The translations under genes were made by a program, and so were the position numbers. 64,000 nucleotides of DNA from Tubiluchus corallicola. Its lineage: Eukaryota > Animalia > Priapulida. Of this stretch, positions 1 to 13,500 are shown piece after piece (within the stretch, counting starts at the first letter, position 1; each line of letters opens with the position of its first letter). Below the pieces are notes generated by a model, which did not search any database, had not been told where the DNA came from, and worked only from the letters and a program-made list of their open reading frames with translations. Location of the stretch: contig JAQGDQ010000092.1 of the NCBI GenBank assembly GCA_030141605.1, forward strand, positions 434,001 to 498,000, read 5' to 3'.

Positions 1-110
1 GTGCTACAGGTGCTGTCATGCTTGTCACTGTAGTGTACCTCGTCCGCTACTGGAGAAGAAAGAAAGAACATGTATGCCATAAGCAGCTGACCTTCAGTGT
101 TCAAAATCCG
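1..110 (+). CDS. Penultimate coding exon (5' end outside window) of a probable single-pass membrane protein
   Basis: Frame from base 3 reads ATGAVMLVTVVYLVRYWRRKKEHVCHKQLTFSVQNP: a hydrophobic stretch then an RRKK stop-transfer cluster. Donor CCG|GTAAGG at 110/111, phase 0. Confidence 0.6.
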
Positions 111-119
111 GTAAGGAAC

Positions 120-320
120 CATTTCAAGTTCTTAATCAGAGACTGATCAGTGAATGGATGGGTGATCGCCGAATTCAATACTCCCTCTGGACTGTTTCAC
201 TCATCATATTGATCCTGGCTATTTGTAGAAAGATGATGCATTCCTATCAGATAGGAACGTGCATAGAAACCTCTGCAGGTTCAGTGCCTCCTGGTAACTT
301 GAATAGACGCTACCGTTGAA
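120..320 (+). mobile_element. Degenerate SINE-like copy with 5S rRNA-like segment
   Basis: GATCAGTGAATGGATGGGTGATCGCC resembles the 5S box C region. The following ATTGATCCTGGCTATTT...GATGCATTC matches 55655-55693. Confidence 0.5.
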
Positions 321-333
321 CTATGCACACGAG

Positions 334-716
334 ACATTGTTTCTGAACACAAATTTTAGTACCGAATTTCAACCTTTGATCTAGGATACCTGGAAGTTGA
401 AGGAACAATGAAAAAACAAGTGCATAAACGTTCTTTCTGAACACACATTTTAGTACCGAACTTCAAATTTTGACCTAGGATATCTGGAACCTGAAGGAAC
501 AATGAAAAAACAAGTGTATAAATTTTCAAACTAGACAATGTTTCTGGGCACAAATTTTTATACTGAACTTCAAGTTTTGACCTAAGATATCTGGAAGCTG
601 ATATCTGGAATGAAAAAGCAAATGACCAAACATTCACACTAAACATTGTTTCTGAACACATATTTTAATACCGAATTTCAAGCTTTGACCTAGCATAGCT
701 GGAAGGTGATGGAACA
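334..716. repeat. Tandem repeat, about 4 units of 94-108 bp
   Basis: ACATTGTTTCTGAACACAAATTTTAGTACCGAATTTCAA...GACCTAGGATATCTGGAA recurs at about 334, 428, 535 and 643. Confidence 0.9.
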
Positions 717-919
717 CGAATTAGTTTGATTTCAAAAGGCACGAGTTGTTGTTTCAACTTGAGTTACAAAAAGGCTGACACATTGACACCATTACTTGCA
801 TTAATTGTTGCAATGTTAACAGGCCCATACAGAAATAAACAATTTTTCTCCTTGCCTTTTCCACCATTAAATTATTGGCACTAAGACTTTTGTATCACCT
901 AAATTCTGCTGTTTTGCAG

Positions 920-1000
920 GAACGAGAAGAAATAACTGGTGCAAATAACACAGACACGAGCGTTCTTCTACTTGGAAACAGTTCAGAAGATGAATGTTGA
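920..1000 (+). CDS. Last coding exon of the membrane protein (cytosolic tail)
   Basis: Acceptor GTTTTGCAG at 919. Phase 0 matches the upstream donor. Reads EREEITGANNTDTSVLLLGNSSEDEC*. AATAAA at 1125-1130. Confidence 0.55.
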   Translation, partial: EREEITGANNTDTSVLLLGNSSEDEC

Positions 1001-1660
1001 CATTAACATTGCAAACTTTCATGGCATACATAATTGTTAGTGGTTTCTGCAATTGTATAATAATTGTACGAAGAAAAGGAAACGAAGCACGTCATCGGAC
1101 AACGACATTAATATTTTGATATAGAATAAATTCTGTCGTGAATCACTTGTAAGGCGATAGATGTCAAATTAATTCTAAAAAGGCAGAATTTACATAAATT
1201 AAGATAACTCAGATATTGCAGTTATAGACTTAATGTATAAAATAAGTATATATAGGAATTTTTACTTACTTTAGGCCTGCAGCATCGAAGCACTTATGTT
1301 TATATAACTACGATTAGAATTAATTATGAAATGTTGAAAATGCAGTCACTTATTTATTAATATTGTTACTATATTCTGTATAAACATTATAATATTCAAC
1401 TTCCGTATGTGTTATTACATCGCCTCTACACGTACTATCTGATAAGATATATTCTGTTTTATAAAGTGAAATGCCGTCGCTGCAGTTAACTTCCATATTT
1501 AGATTAATATAGAGTTCATTACCTTGGACCTTAACCACTGAAACGAAAAAATAGTGTGCGATTTTTAAACAACCATCCGTTTAAAAATTGAGCATAACGA
1601 ACATTCTCAGGTTTTTTACACTTACAAAAACCACTGAAGTCAAAGATGTAGAAAAAATTA

Positions 1661-1766
1661 TTTTAAGTGTCAGTTGCATGGCCATAGATAGTGCCCGGGC
1701 AACGACCAGTATAGTGGCCCGAGTGCTGATCATGCGAAGGGAGCCCAGAATAATCAACACTTAAAA
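1661..1766. repeat. Short palindromic element
   Basis: Ends TTTTAAGTGT...ACACTTAAAA around a GC-rich core. Confidence 0.4.
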
Positions 1767-2659
1767 CCGTGGTATAAAAAAAAGCGAAACTAAAGCAATT
1801 AACCGCATTATGGAGTTATGGACAACAAGTCAGGCTCCAAATCCACCACTTCGCAGACCCATACATTTTAACAATATAGTCCCTAGGTCTTAGCAGTTTT
1901 CGAATCTACACTTCCGGTGTTTGATATGCATTGTAAAGCGGCGCCAACTTGTAGTGTTTCCTTGTTCCTGACAACATGTGATGCGTAATATACTTGTACA
2001 AACACAGTTTGCAGCACTGGAATCGCTAAATTTATTGATGAGCTAATAGAACTAAGCGTATTTTTAACATACAAGTATTTATAAACTGTAATTAAAAACT
2101 GCTTTATAGCTTTGTTGCGTAATTAAACGTAATTAAATCACGGGGACAGAATAAAATAAACGCTTTTTAGAGAACGAAACCAACAAACGGAAATGGCTTT
2201 CCTATTGATCTACCAGCCTATTAAGGCACAGCACTCATATCTGCTGCCGAAAACAAACAAGTCGAAAAAGAACCACTCTAGCATCAGATGAACAATGTAA
2301 ACAAAACAATTTATAAGCAACTCATCAAATAGCACGGGCCTACGTTATCTACTTATTGCATCTGATAATGAAAATCACCTCAAAAACAACTATGAGTTAA
2401 ATCAAAAAGCAACAAGGTAACAAGTGAAAATCGTAACACTAACGGGATCTCAAAGTAACAAAATTATAAGTGTTAATGTTGGACAAAAAATAGTTAAATG
2501 CACCCAATAACTTCGAGTAAAAAACAAATCAAATTACAAAACTTACAAACCAAGACGGGATGCAGCAAAAAAAGATATACAATACAAACGTGAATACAAA
2601 TAAAGTAAATGTATAAAATTACTAACACTTAGGAAAGTTTAATCTTGATCAGGAACATA

Positions 2660-3200
2660 ATCATCAATGGATTGCGATAATGGAAACAGTTGTGGAGAAA
2701 TAAGGCAGCTCTGCTTTAGGCCGATATTAACTCCGAGCATGTCTGAATGTAAGCCATTTATTCTCAAATTGTAATACGACTTCAAAGCCTCCAGAAATTT
2801 TCCATTCAGGCCCAACAGTTCAAATTTATGCTACAGAAGAAATCGGTTTATCACATCGTATGTCTTATTAAAGTTCAAGAAAGTTACAATATAGATTTCC
2901 ATTGCTGTTTCCTTGTTTCAATAATTTGAGTTAACGTGAATAAACGACCAAGACATGAGTAACTTTCACGGAAGCCATTCTATTCATCAGCCTATCGGTT
3001 ATTAGTTTTCGTCCATGTAGTCAGTCACTGATTAAGAATGCTTTCATGTTATAGTTTAAACGTACTGCAAGTGAGTGATATACCCCGAGTATTATTATAT
3101 CCCGCACGCCAATATTATTGCATTTTAGGACCAGGTTAATTATGCTTTGCGTTCTCTTCCCAAGTTTGCCAATAAATTTCCAGTATACTGTGTTATTTTC
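2660..3200 (-). mobile_element. Degenerate non-LTR retrotransposon (LINE) reverse transcriptase fragment
   Basis: Minus-strand translation gives NNTRGISLTCS, E*NGFRESYSCLGRLFTLTQIIETR, FLNFNKTYDVINRFLL*HKF and VNIGLKQSCLISPQLF. These are decayed YRGISL, QNGFR, FxDFxKAYD and GLxQGCxLSPxLF motifs. Confidence 0.85.
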
Positions 3201-6200
3201 GATCTGGATGTTCAGAAGATTATCTTGCGTCTGTTTCCAATGTATTCGTTTACCAAATTGGACGTTTATGTCTTTTTTGCTTAACAGTTAAATTCTGGGT
3301 TTCTGCGTAACTATTCCATAACACTCTCAATTCACAAGTCCACCAAAGCATTTTAACGTTTATTATTCAACCCTTCTCGTAGTTTTTTACATATAGTTCG
3401 TTCCATTCACCTGAGACTGAATAATAAAACAAAATCGATATAACAGTTATCTAACCGTAGCATAATTAGATTTTTTAATCTTCTAAAGAGTGTATGCATT
3501 GACTAATCCTAAACCTGGCATAACATTAGAAAGAAAATTATCATAAATTGTTGTGAGGTTACTACGTTGTACTACGGGATCTGACAGAGGTTTATATTAT
3601 ATTATATTACAGTTCGCGTACAAACAATTTGAGTGCTGGAATCCATTGATAGTCTATTGGAAATCACTTATTGGTCAGTCTTAAGTTTTTAAACTGGAAC
3701 CGTTTCTAGAGGGCGCACCTAAAAGTATCCCACATAAATTTAAATCACATTCTGAGCGCATCAGTGAAACTTTGATCCTCGTTACTGGAGGATCTTTACT
3801 CTTTACCGAATAAAAATCATGGCTGCTAAATAATGCATTTGATCCTGAAGATCACGTATTGGTCGCTATTACGTTTTCAAATTGGTGCATTTTACAGGGG
3901 CGCCCTTAAATCAACTGACTGATTCAACTAAAGATATCGTACTATATAAGTCCTTTATTTGATTATATTTTTAACTCTTCTTTCACGCTAGAAACTTCCC
4001 AGCCACTGGCGATGTAATTTTACCTCAAAGTCTGTTTTCTACTGATACCATTTTTAGGCAATACGAACTTCCCTCTCTACTAAGGCCTTTATTTTTGATT
4101 TTTTTGCGCTGAGTCGTTCTCAGCACAAATTAATAGAGTCTCTTTGTTGCAGGTAGGTGAGGCGATCTGTGATTCTAACCTTTTGGGCATTGACAGTATT
4201 CACTTCCATGCGGCTATTAATAACGTCAATGTCGCTTCCTGAAAGGCTAGCTGATAATTTCTTATAGTAGCAAGAATCACATAAAAATTGGAAATTTTAT
4301 CTGAAAGCTGCATCCTTTTTTCAGCTTCGCATGCTCAAGAAACAATTAGCTCTCGTAGTTGGTGCATTTACTAGAGTGATTTAACGTTTCCAGACTCGGA
4401 CTTTTCTGCCCGCACGTTTTACGTTCGCAAAAGTTGTTCCCATTGCAACCGTTCTCATTCCATACAACACGTCATAAATACGCCAAAATTTTAGCGCGAA
4501 ATTGTAGACATGATACTTTCTGCTAGAAAGGTTTTTATTTTGCTGTGGTGGTAAAAGAAAAAGGCAAGGAGGCGATACAGGAAGCGACACCATCGTTTTT
4601 GGGTAAACTCAATATTTCAATATTTTATTCTCTTTTATTTCTCGTCTTTCTTTCTTTCTCCTGCTGGCTCAGTGCCCTGTTGGTCGACTTTAACTTTACT
4701 ACTTTTCACTTGGTAGTTGGTGGTGAAAGCAAGCAATGGCAGTTTCAATGCAATCTTATGCGAAGATTTAAAAATATCTACTGTACCTTTTTGATTTTGC
4801 ACGCGTATATATTGCAATTTTTCGTGCGTTTTCTAGCGTAATTTAAAAAGACTAGTTGTATTCACTTCAAATAAAAATGGCTTTTATTATAAAGCTAACA
4901 ATGTTTTGAAGATCGTAATTTTCTCCGCTATAATAGCACAACTATGCAATTGAATATATGCTACAAATTGAAAAAAATGCTTGCACAATAGAATCACAAA
5001 ATCAGGCCTACATTTACAGAAACGTTAAAATAACAACAAAACTGATATACATACATGCATATATTCTACCTTCAGTGATAACTTCAAAGACTACTTCGAC
5101 CCAAGTTGCCTTGTCAAGTCCCAGTGACTATTTTCGATTTTATTTTGTCATTTAGAGCTGGTCTAATTTGTATAGCGTGTGTGATTTGTTCGTCCTCCAT
5201 TACGAAAATGAACTTGTCCGTCCACACAAAAAAGGTTTGGCAATTAAAGTGTGGATCCGTGTGAGTACGTGGCTTTCTGTGCGGACGCAATGGAAACGAC
5301 AAACAGGCAAAAGAATGATTTGCAAAGGTGCGCTAGTGTTCTAATTTTTTCCGTGCGAGTCACTCAAAAAAAGTCCGTGTCTGTGCGGGCGCAGTAAAAA
5401 CTTCGCCTTAAACGTACGTTTCTACAGCGTACAAGCGCTGTAAGAGCGTATGAAAAACACATCCTATCAGTTTCACAGCTAGTAATACCCACCTAATAAA
5501 CAAAGCAGCTCATAATAACATTAATGTCGTTTGTTATTGACTGTAATTATTTAAAATACTGTTTATATTATTTCTGCAAACCATATGTTTTTTATGCCAG
5601 CAATTCATCCACTGAATAACCGCAGTGAGCATTAGATGTTAAAAATGTATTAAGGTCTAACAAAAAATTGTATCTACTTTGAATTCGTGTTTGTTGAATA
5701 AAAATGTGTATGTAAGTATTTGGAAGTAAAAATTGTTGCAATTAGACAGTAGGCACGCTGCTGCTGTACAGTGTCGCATCATAATTCCTATTATTTAATG
5801 ATAACTGTTACGATATCAAATCAATAGTTTACGTTGAAGTCGATACGACTGCTTAATTAATAGACACTTGCGTGAAAAATGTCACTTGACAAATATCGAG
5901 ACATGGTATTAGACTCAGTCGAAGTACATAGACTTCGTTACTCTTAGTTGATGAAGAACATGATAAGGCTGCGATTATCACAAAAAATAGAAAAATAATG
6001 TGAAGGCAAATAAAATGGTTACGAGTTTTAGACAAAGAAGAGAGTCAATATTAATACTGTTGCAGTGGGTTACACAGAAGAATAGACAGATACGTGTTGT
6101 GTTGATTTACTTAAAATATGTGCATAGGTGCGCATTCTTGCAATACTGAGCTTAAGCCTATAACCAGAGTAGGCGTGACCTTAGACAAATGGTCGTGACA

Positions 6201-7040
6201 GAGGTGGTCTGCAAAGATATATTTCCGGCTCATGTATTTAAAATTGCTCAATTACAATCTTTCTTTTTGCTTGTGTTTAATCCAGTTACTGACTGTCCGA
6301 TTGTGTGTAAATGTGAACTTTGCAGAAATCTATAACAATAAGAAAAGTTGAATGAGAACGATCAGCGTAGTGATCTCTTTACCGTTTCAGTGAAGGGGAA
6401 CTAGTACTTATATATGTATATAGGGGGGCAGTGTAACAGATGGAATCGCCCAAAAGCTGGTGATTATACACCCATTTACTACTTCGGCGGTGGTAAAATT
6501 ATGGGAGCATAGGAGCGTTACGGCTACTGGCACGACCGGAATCTAGTTCATTATCAAGCATATCAGGACATGTAGATATTGTGTAGATTTAGCAGCAGTA
6601 GCAGATTAACTTATTAATTTTATTAAATATTTTATACATTTGAATCTTACGACTATCTAATTTGTAACTTGTAATGCTTCTGGGCCAAAAACAGAACTTT
6701 TTGCCTCTTGCCATTATTCGTTCCTAAGCTCTAAAAATTAATTAGGATTTTATTTAGAGCATTTCTGAAATAACTGTACTCAACTGACAACAATAACAAA
6801 TTATCCAATCGATGCTGGCATTGCGCTGTAACTAAAAACACACGTTTTGTATCGTCTGTTCAAACCCGAAGAACTGCATGACTCACTCAGCAAAACTGAC
6901 GCTGCCTAACCAGTTATCATGGTTATGATGTGCTGCTACCTATTGAAAAAAACAGTACGAACCAAAAAGTGATTTTTTGACTTTGAGGAAAGCAGCACTT
7001 TAAACAAAATGGTCGCATTCCTAGTCAGTGACTAATTCCA

Positions 7041-7245
7041 TTAATTCGTTTGTTTATTCATTGGTTTATTTATTCATTTAAATACTTGTTCATTCGTCTA
7101 TCATTTATTCGTTCATTCATTTATTTGTCTGTCCATCTGTTCGTTTGTTCGCCCATTTGTTCGTTCGTATGTTCGTTCGTTCATTCATTTGATCGTTCGT
7201 TCGTACATTTATTCACGCGCTTATCGTTTGCTCACTCGTTCATTA
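7041..7245. repeat. Degenerate (TTCA/TTCG)n tetranucleotide repeat (second copy about 14730-14934)
   Basis: Direct reading of the sequence. Confidence 0.85.
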
Positions 7246-7486
7246 TTATTTATGACTATTTTTATCTCTTTTATTATTTAACTTTATATCAATAAACATG
7301 GTACCACATTACAAACATTAATCACAAACATACATGTAAAAAATTCACATTCAACTACAAGACATATTATTATTATTATTATTATTATTATAAGTCTTTT
7401 TATTAAACATAAAAGACATATTGAAAATAGCTTAACCAAAAAAATGCAAGTTAAAATCATCACATAACAACTTCTGCCTTTTTTCG

Positions 7487-7985
7487 ACAAGTGCGACTCA
7501 AACTATTGGTCGAGGATATCGCTAAACGAAAGACCGTGGATTAGAAAAAGACGCCAATGCCGCCATCTTAAATTCAAAATGGCAAAGCGAAAATCCGACT
7601 CAGTCACTCAAAGCAGAATTCGTTGTAGTACCGTTCTATGAAGTTTCGTTGATGTGACGTGGTGAATTGGTAGAGCCTTTTAAGTTGTTAAAAATAATGT
7701 TATTAGTACCGTCTTGAATTAATGATGCAGATAAAAAATCTGATTAGTGTATTTCTGTTGCTCGATATGTTTATGTATTTATGTCGATCTGTTGCTAACT
7801 GGGAGAACGTTCTACTAAAATGACTCTATTGCCGCCATCTTGAACACAAAGCGGCGGATAGAAAACCCTACTCCACCAAAAGCTTCGTGTTGATCCATAG
7901 CAAATTCGCAAAAGGCATCTCAGCAAGAACAACAAGAGCAATTTCTAGATGAGTACGATTTGGGTCGAGCCTCGTGCAACAAAAA
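7487..7985 (+). mobile_element. Possible non-autonomous element of DINE/HINE-like layout (second copy about 15176-15674)
   Basis: Internal direct repeat TGCCGCCATCTT at about 7558 and 7830. The end motif GAGTACGA...GTCGAGCCTC is also seen at 57823-57852. Confidence 0.3.
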
Positions 7986-10158
7986 TTGTGATTTCAATAA
8001 AATGTCAGAAAATACCACAGAGCTTATACACCCCGTCAGTGAAACGTCATTTTTACTTACAAATATGCAATCTTTTAAGCTATAGCAGCTCTTAATTAAA
8101 ACTGCGTGTAGAATAATTACAACAACGAGTCATTTATGACTCTCTAGGTACTGTAATTTGTTTTTTTAGCCATCCAGCTAATTACATATCATCTAATGAC
8201 AGGCATAAATAAGAATGCATGCCTGAATGCGCTGTTATTTAAAGAAGTAGTTATTAAGGTGGCTTAATAAGAAGAAATGCTAGCATTAGCGAACTGTCAC
8301 ATGCTGAAAATAGCATCATTATTGTCAACAGATATCAATAATGTACCTGACATTTTGTCAAACTAAACCTTATTCGCATGAACAGTGAATACACAAAAGA
8401 AATGGATTCTAAAAGTAGACACAATTTACTAGGCTTCACAAAAAAGAGCTCAAGGTAAAATCGCCAATGAAAGTATCTTCATCATTTTGCGAGGCTAAAA
8501 AGCGATAGCAATCCGATGAAATAAAAAAGTGCAGATAGAGTCGGATCTGCAGAATCGCATTAGTAAGATAATTTTCATTTGTTCTACAAAGAAATTCGAT
8601 AGAGTGGATTCAGAACCTGAAATACATTTTTCGCAAGTATAGGTGGTTATTTTCTTTTCGCTTCGCTTTTCTTTTTCATTTTCTTTTTATTTAATTAGTG
8701 GTTTAGTATTCTATTCTCCCTTTAAACTGGCTTGTTACTGATGTGACTACGCGTAATATTAGTTTTCATAACATTACCCAGAAACACTCATTAGTTTCAA
8801 GAAAGGAAAATTATCAAAAGTATGGATCTCGATCATTTTCCTTTCTTTGCTTAGACTTAATTGCTTTGACAGAACTATATCTCATTATAATAGTGGCGTA
8901 TTACCCACATAACCGTGCATTACCGTACAACTACCCAAAAGTGCATTATAGTCAGAGAAGCACCACTCTGAGCTCAAGGCTAAGCAGCTTCCTGTGGTGA
9001 CTTTACGCCAGAGTCTGTCAACCCTTCTGTCTGACCGTCCCCCAGTCATTCAGTCTTACAGCATGTATAGTAAAACTAGCTAATGTACTAGTGAAGCTGT
9101 GTCACAAGTTTTTACTTCGTTTGTTTATTACCATCGACTTTCTTACAACATAAACGTGCAAAAAATGTAAAATTTTTATCACGTAATAACTGTGTAACAG
9201 GAGGTGCCATATAAAACGAGCAAAACTGAACGAATTACTGCCGAGCACACAGAAAAACATTTTGACGCGATGCATGTGTTAAGATCAATATCATTAAAGC
9301 TTTCTGAAAAATTAAACTAGGTGTACAGTAGGTTACCATCGTATATACACAGGGAAGGAGAACTACAACTGCACACAAATAATGACAAATTTAATGCTAC
9401 TGGTAAAAAGGGGATTTGTGATTAAGCCAAGTAACACCACTAAGTAACAAAAAGTTGAAACAAAATAAATCAAAACGAACCCTACGTGACCACATGGTGC
9501 AAACACAACGTTGTTGCTTTGCTGAACCCTGAACGTCAGCGTGTGTTGTCGATCATACCGTGACATGAAGCAGAATTAACTATAATGCCCTATCTGGCCG
9601 CTGCTGTGAGTGCTAGCTGTAAATGACCTGGTGAAATACTATCAGTGTTAATAGACTGAAGTAATCCAATTCGCCATACGACAAAAGCACGTAATGTTAA
9701 CATTATAACAAAAGCACAGCATTGTTGAGCTACAAGTGTAGGTTGAATTCTAATAAAACATTTTTAACAAGAACTACAGAATCGCGATTATGGTGATGGC
9801 GGAAATGGTGGACACCTGGTTGACCTAGCAGGATCCATTTTGATGGATTTTTAAAAATGTTAAAAATGTAGTTTTCAAAAGGAAAGAAAATGGAATTTTA
9901 AAGTGTATCCCAAAGAGCTTTCCATGCAAAGTTGTATTACTAAGCATTATACTCACTTGTTTGAGAGACTTATGTAACTGAAAAAGAAAATTCTTAATAT
10001 TTTAAAACGTTGTCTCCATCTAGTAAAACAGTATGTTATGATACAGCGCAAAATTATCGGTCTGCAAATAGTAGCCTTGCATTTATATGTATATGTGTAC
10101 TGGCACATCATCATCATCTTCAATAGTAAAGCGGTAGTGCATCGTCATCCCAGCGTGA

Positions 10159-10580
10159 TTAAGGGAAAGGCCATGTCTTCTGGAAAGTTAGACTCAACGT
10201 TCGGGATAAATGTTAGAAGGATTTAGTAATAATACGGCACTGTCAATCTTTGACAAAAGTATAATAAATGTTTGCAAAAAATTAGATATCTAATTTAAGT
10301 AATTTTGTAATATTTTTGCGTGAACATTAGGTAAACTGCAGAAGTGTGAATCAGTTGAAGCAGCGCGTGCTTTCGGAAAGTCACGACGTCCACCAGTTAC
10401 GTCATAACTTCGAAGTGAACGGCGGCAACCTCCACATCTGAAGATTTTTTCAGCACTAGTATATTTTAAATTTATGCATTATAGATAGTTTTGTGCAAAT
10501 TTCTTTGTTATATTTTTCCAAATTTAAGTGATAACAGTAAAATAAACTCAACATACTGAGTGACTTGTTCTTTCCTTTAA
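10159..10580 (+). mobile_element. TTAA-flanked MITE (Kolobok- or piggyBac-like)
   Basis: TTAA-GGGAAAGGCCATGTC ... GACTTGTTCTTTCCT-TTAA forms imperfect TIRs. Homologous to 33769-34327. Confidence 0.75.
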
Positions 10581-13500
10581 AAACACATTATAGATCTTAT
10601 TGACAATATAAAAGAATATGAACTCATGAATGCTATGATTATTTTTTCAATTGCTGCATTAAAATTGCTGCATCAAACTGTAATCACGGGAGTTTAAATT
10701 TACAAGTTTTTTACTGTGTTACTGTTAACGCAAGCCCTATAAGTGATATAAAATTTTAAGATAATTTTTTTAAGTTTTATTAATGAAGAGTTTTTGTTGT
10801 GCTTTAAACCAAATTTCTGGCTTATTTCTATTTGGAGTTTAAGTACTGGAGTGCCTTCAATGCCTTCTAGTACTTGAAGACATTAATATGAGGCAAACGT
10901 GCGAGGAATAAATTTCTCTACCAATTCTTAAAGTCGTTATTAATTATAAGGACCTATAGATAGAGGACCATTAACTATCTATAGGCCTAACCAACAACAA
11001 TAACCAACGTGCTCTGAAGTCAGTACCCGAATATATATATATATATATAGTCGTCACTTTTTTGCGTAAAGTCTATAAAGTCTATTGATTTACCTGACAG
11101 AGAGAGAGACTTAATTTATTTTTTAAATTTCAAATTCATATTCAGATTATTTCACCAGCAAACTACATTCTAAAGAGTGTATGCATTGACTAATCCTAAA
11201 CCTGGCATAACATTAGAAAGAAAATTATCATAAATTGTTGTGAGGTTACTACGTTGTACTACGGGATCTGACAGAGGTTTATATTATATTATATTACAGT
11301 TCGCGTACAAACAATTTGAGTGCTGGAATCCATTGATAGTCTATTGGAAATCACTTATTGGTCAGTCTTAAGTTTTTAAACTGGAACCGTTTCTAGAGGG
11401 CGCACCTAAAAGTATCCCACATAAATTTAAATCACATTCTGAGCGCATCAGTGAAACTTTGATCCTCGTTACTGGAGGATCTTTACTCTTTACCGAATAA
11501 AAATCATGGCTGCTAAATAATGCATTTGATCCTGAAGATCACGTATTGGTCGCTATTACGTTTTCAAATTGGTGCATTTTACAGGGGCGCCCTTAAATCA
11601 ACTGACTGATTCAACTAAAGATATCGTACTATATAAGTCCTTTATTTGATTATATTTTTAACTCTTCTTTCACGCTAGAAACTTCCCAGCCACTGGCGAT
11701 GTAATTTTACCTCAAAGTCTGTTTTCTACTGATACCATTTTTTTAGGCAATACGAACTTCCCTCTCTACTAAGGCCTTTATTTTTGATTTTTTTGCGCTG
11801 AGTCGTTCTCAGCACAAATTAATAGAGTCTCTTTGTTGCAGGTAGGTGAGGCGATCTGTGATTCTAACCTTTTGGGCATTGACAGTATTCACTTCCATGC
11901 GGCTATTAATAACGTCAATGTCGCTTCCTGAAAGGCTAGCTGATAATTTCTTATAGTAGCAAGAATCACATAAAAATTGGAAATTTTATCTGAAAGCTGC
12001 ATCCTTTTTTCAGCTTCGCATGCTCAAGAAACAATTAGCTCTCGTAGTTGGTGCATTTACTAGAGTGATTTAACGTTTCCAGACTCGGACTTTTCTGCCC
12101 GCACGTTTTACGTTCGCAAAAGTTGTTCCCATTGCAACCGTTCTCATTCCATACAACACGTCATAAATACGCCAAAATTTTAGCGCGAAATTGTAGACAT
12201 GATACTTTCTGCTAGAAAGGTTTTTATTTTGCTGTGGTGGTAAAAGAAAAAGGCAAGGAGGCGATACAGGAAGCGACACCATCGTTTTTGGGTAAACTCA
12301 ATATTTCAATATTTTATTCTCTTTTATTTCTCGTCTTTCTTTCTTTCTCCTGCTGGCTCAGTGCCCTGTTGGTCGACTTTAACTTTACTACTTTTCACTT
12401 GGTAGTTGGTGGTGAAAGCAAGCAATGGCAGTTTCAATGCAATCTTATGCGAAGATTTAAAAATATCTACTGTACCTTTTTGATTTTGCACGCGTATATA
12501 TTGCAATTTTTCGTGCGTTTTCTAGCGTAATTTAAAAAGACTAGTTGTATTCACTTCAAATAAAAATGGCTTTTATTATAAAGCTAACAATGTTTTGAAG
12601 ATCGTAATTTTCTCCGCTATAATAGCACAACTATGCAATTGAATATATGCTACAAATTGAAAAAAATGCTTGCACAATAGAATCACAAAATCAGGCCTAC
12701 ATTTACAGAAACGTTAAAATAACAACAAAACTGATATACATACATGCATATATTCTACCTTCAGTGATAACTTCAAAGACTACTTCGACCCAAGTTGCCT
12801 TGTCAAGTCCCAGTGACTATTTTCGATTTTATTTTGTCATTTAGAGCTGGTCTAATTTGTATAGCGTGTGTGATTTGTTCGTCCTCCATTACGAAAATGA
12901 ACTTGTCCGTCCACACAAAAAAGGTTTGGCAATTAAAGTGTGGATCCGTGTGAGTACGTGGCTTTCTGTGCGGACGCAATGGAAACGACAAACAGGCAAA
13001 AGAATGATTTGCAAAGGTGCGCTAGTGTTCTAATTTTTTCCGTGCGAGTCACTCAAAAAAAGTCCGTGTCTGTGCGGGCGCAGTAAAAACTTCGCCTTAA
13101 ACGTACGTTTCTACAGCGTACAAGCGCTGTAAGAGCGTATGAAAAACACATCCTATCAGTTTCACAGCTAGTAATACCCACCTAATAAACAAAGCAGCTC
13201 ATAATAACATTAATGTCGTTTGTTATTGACTGTAATTATTTAAAATACTGTTTATATTATTTCTGCAAACCATATGTTTTTTATGCCAGCAATTCATCCA
13301 CTGAATAACCGCAGTGAGCATTAGATGTTAAAAATGTATTAAGGTCTAACAAAAAATTGTATCTACTTTGAATTCGTGTTTGTTGAATAAAAATGTGTAT
13401 GTAAGTATTTGGAAGTAAAAATTGTTGCAATTAGACAGTAGGCACGCTGCTGCTGTACAGTGTCGCATCATAATTCCTATTATTTAATGATAACTGTTAC

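Larger units (their letters stand above)
3481..11169. repeat. Tandem segmental duplication, copy 1 (about 7.69 kb)
   Basis: Sequence from TTCTAAAGAGTG (3481) repeats from 11168. The ORF track is duplicated at an offset of 7689. Confidence 0.98.

Noticed and set aside
334-716. Regular repeats that might suggest a CRISPR array
   Set aside because: Whole units are similar with no unique spacers. The context is a eukaryotic intron with no cas genes.
11090-11112. Minus-strand polypyrimidine-CAG|GTAAAT as a recursive splice site
   Set aside because: The tract is a short CT microsatellite, and no host transcript is established.
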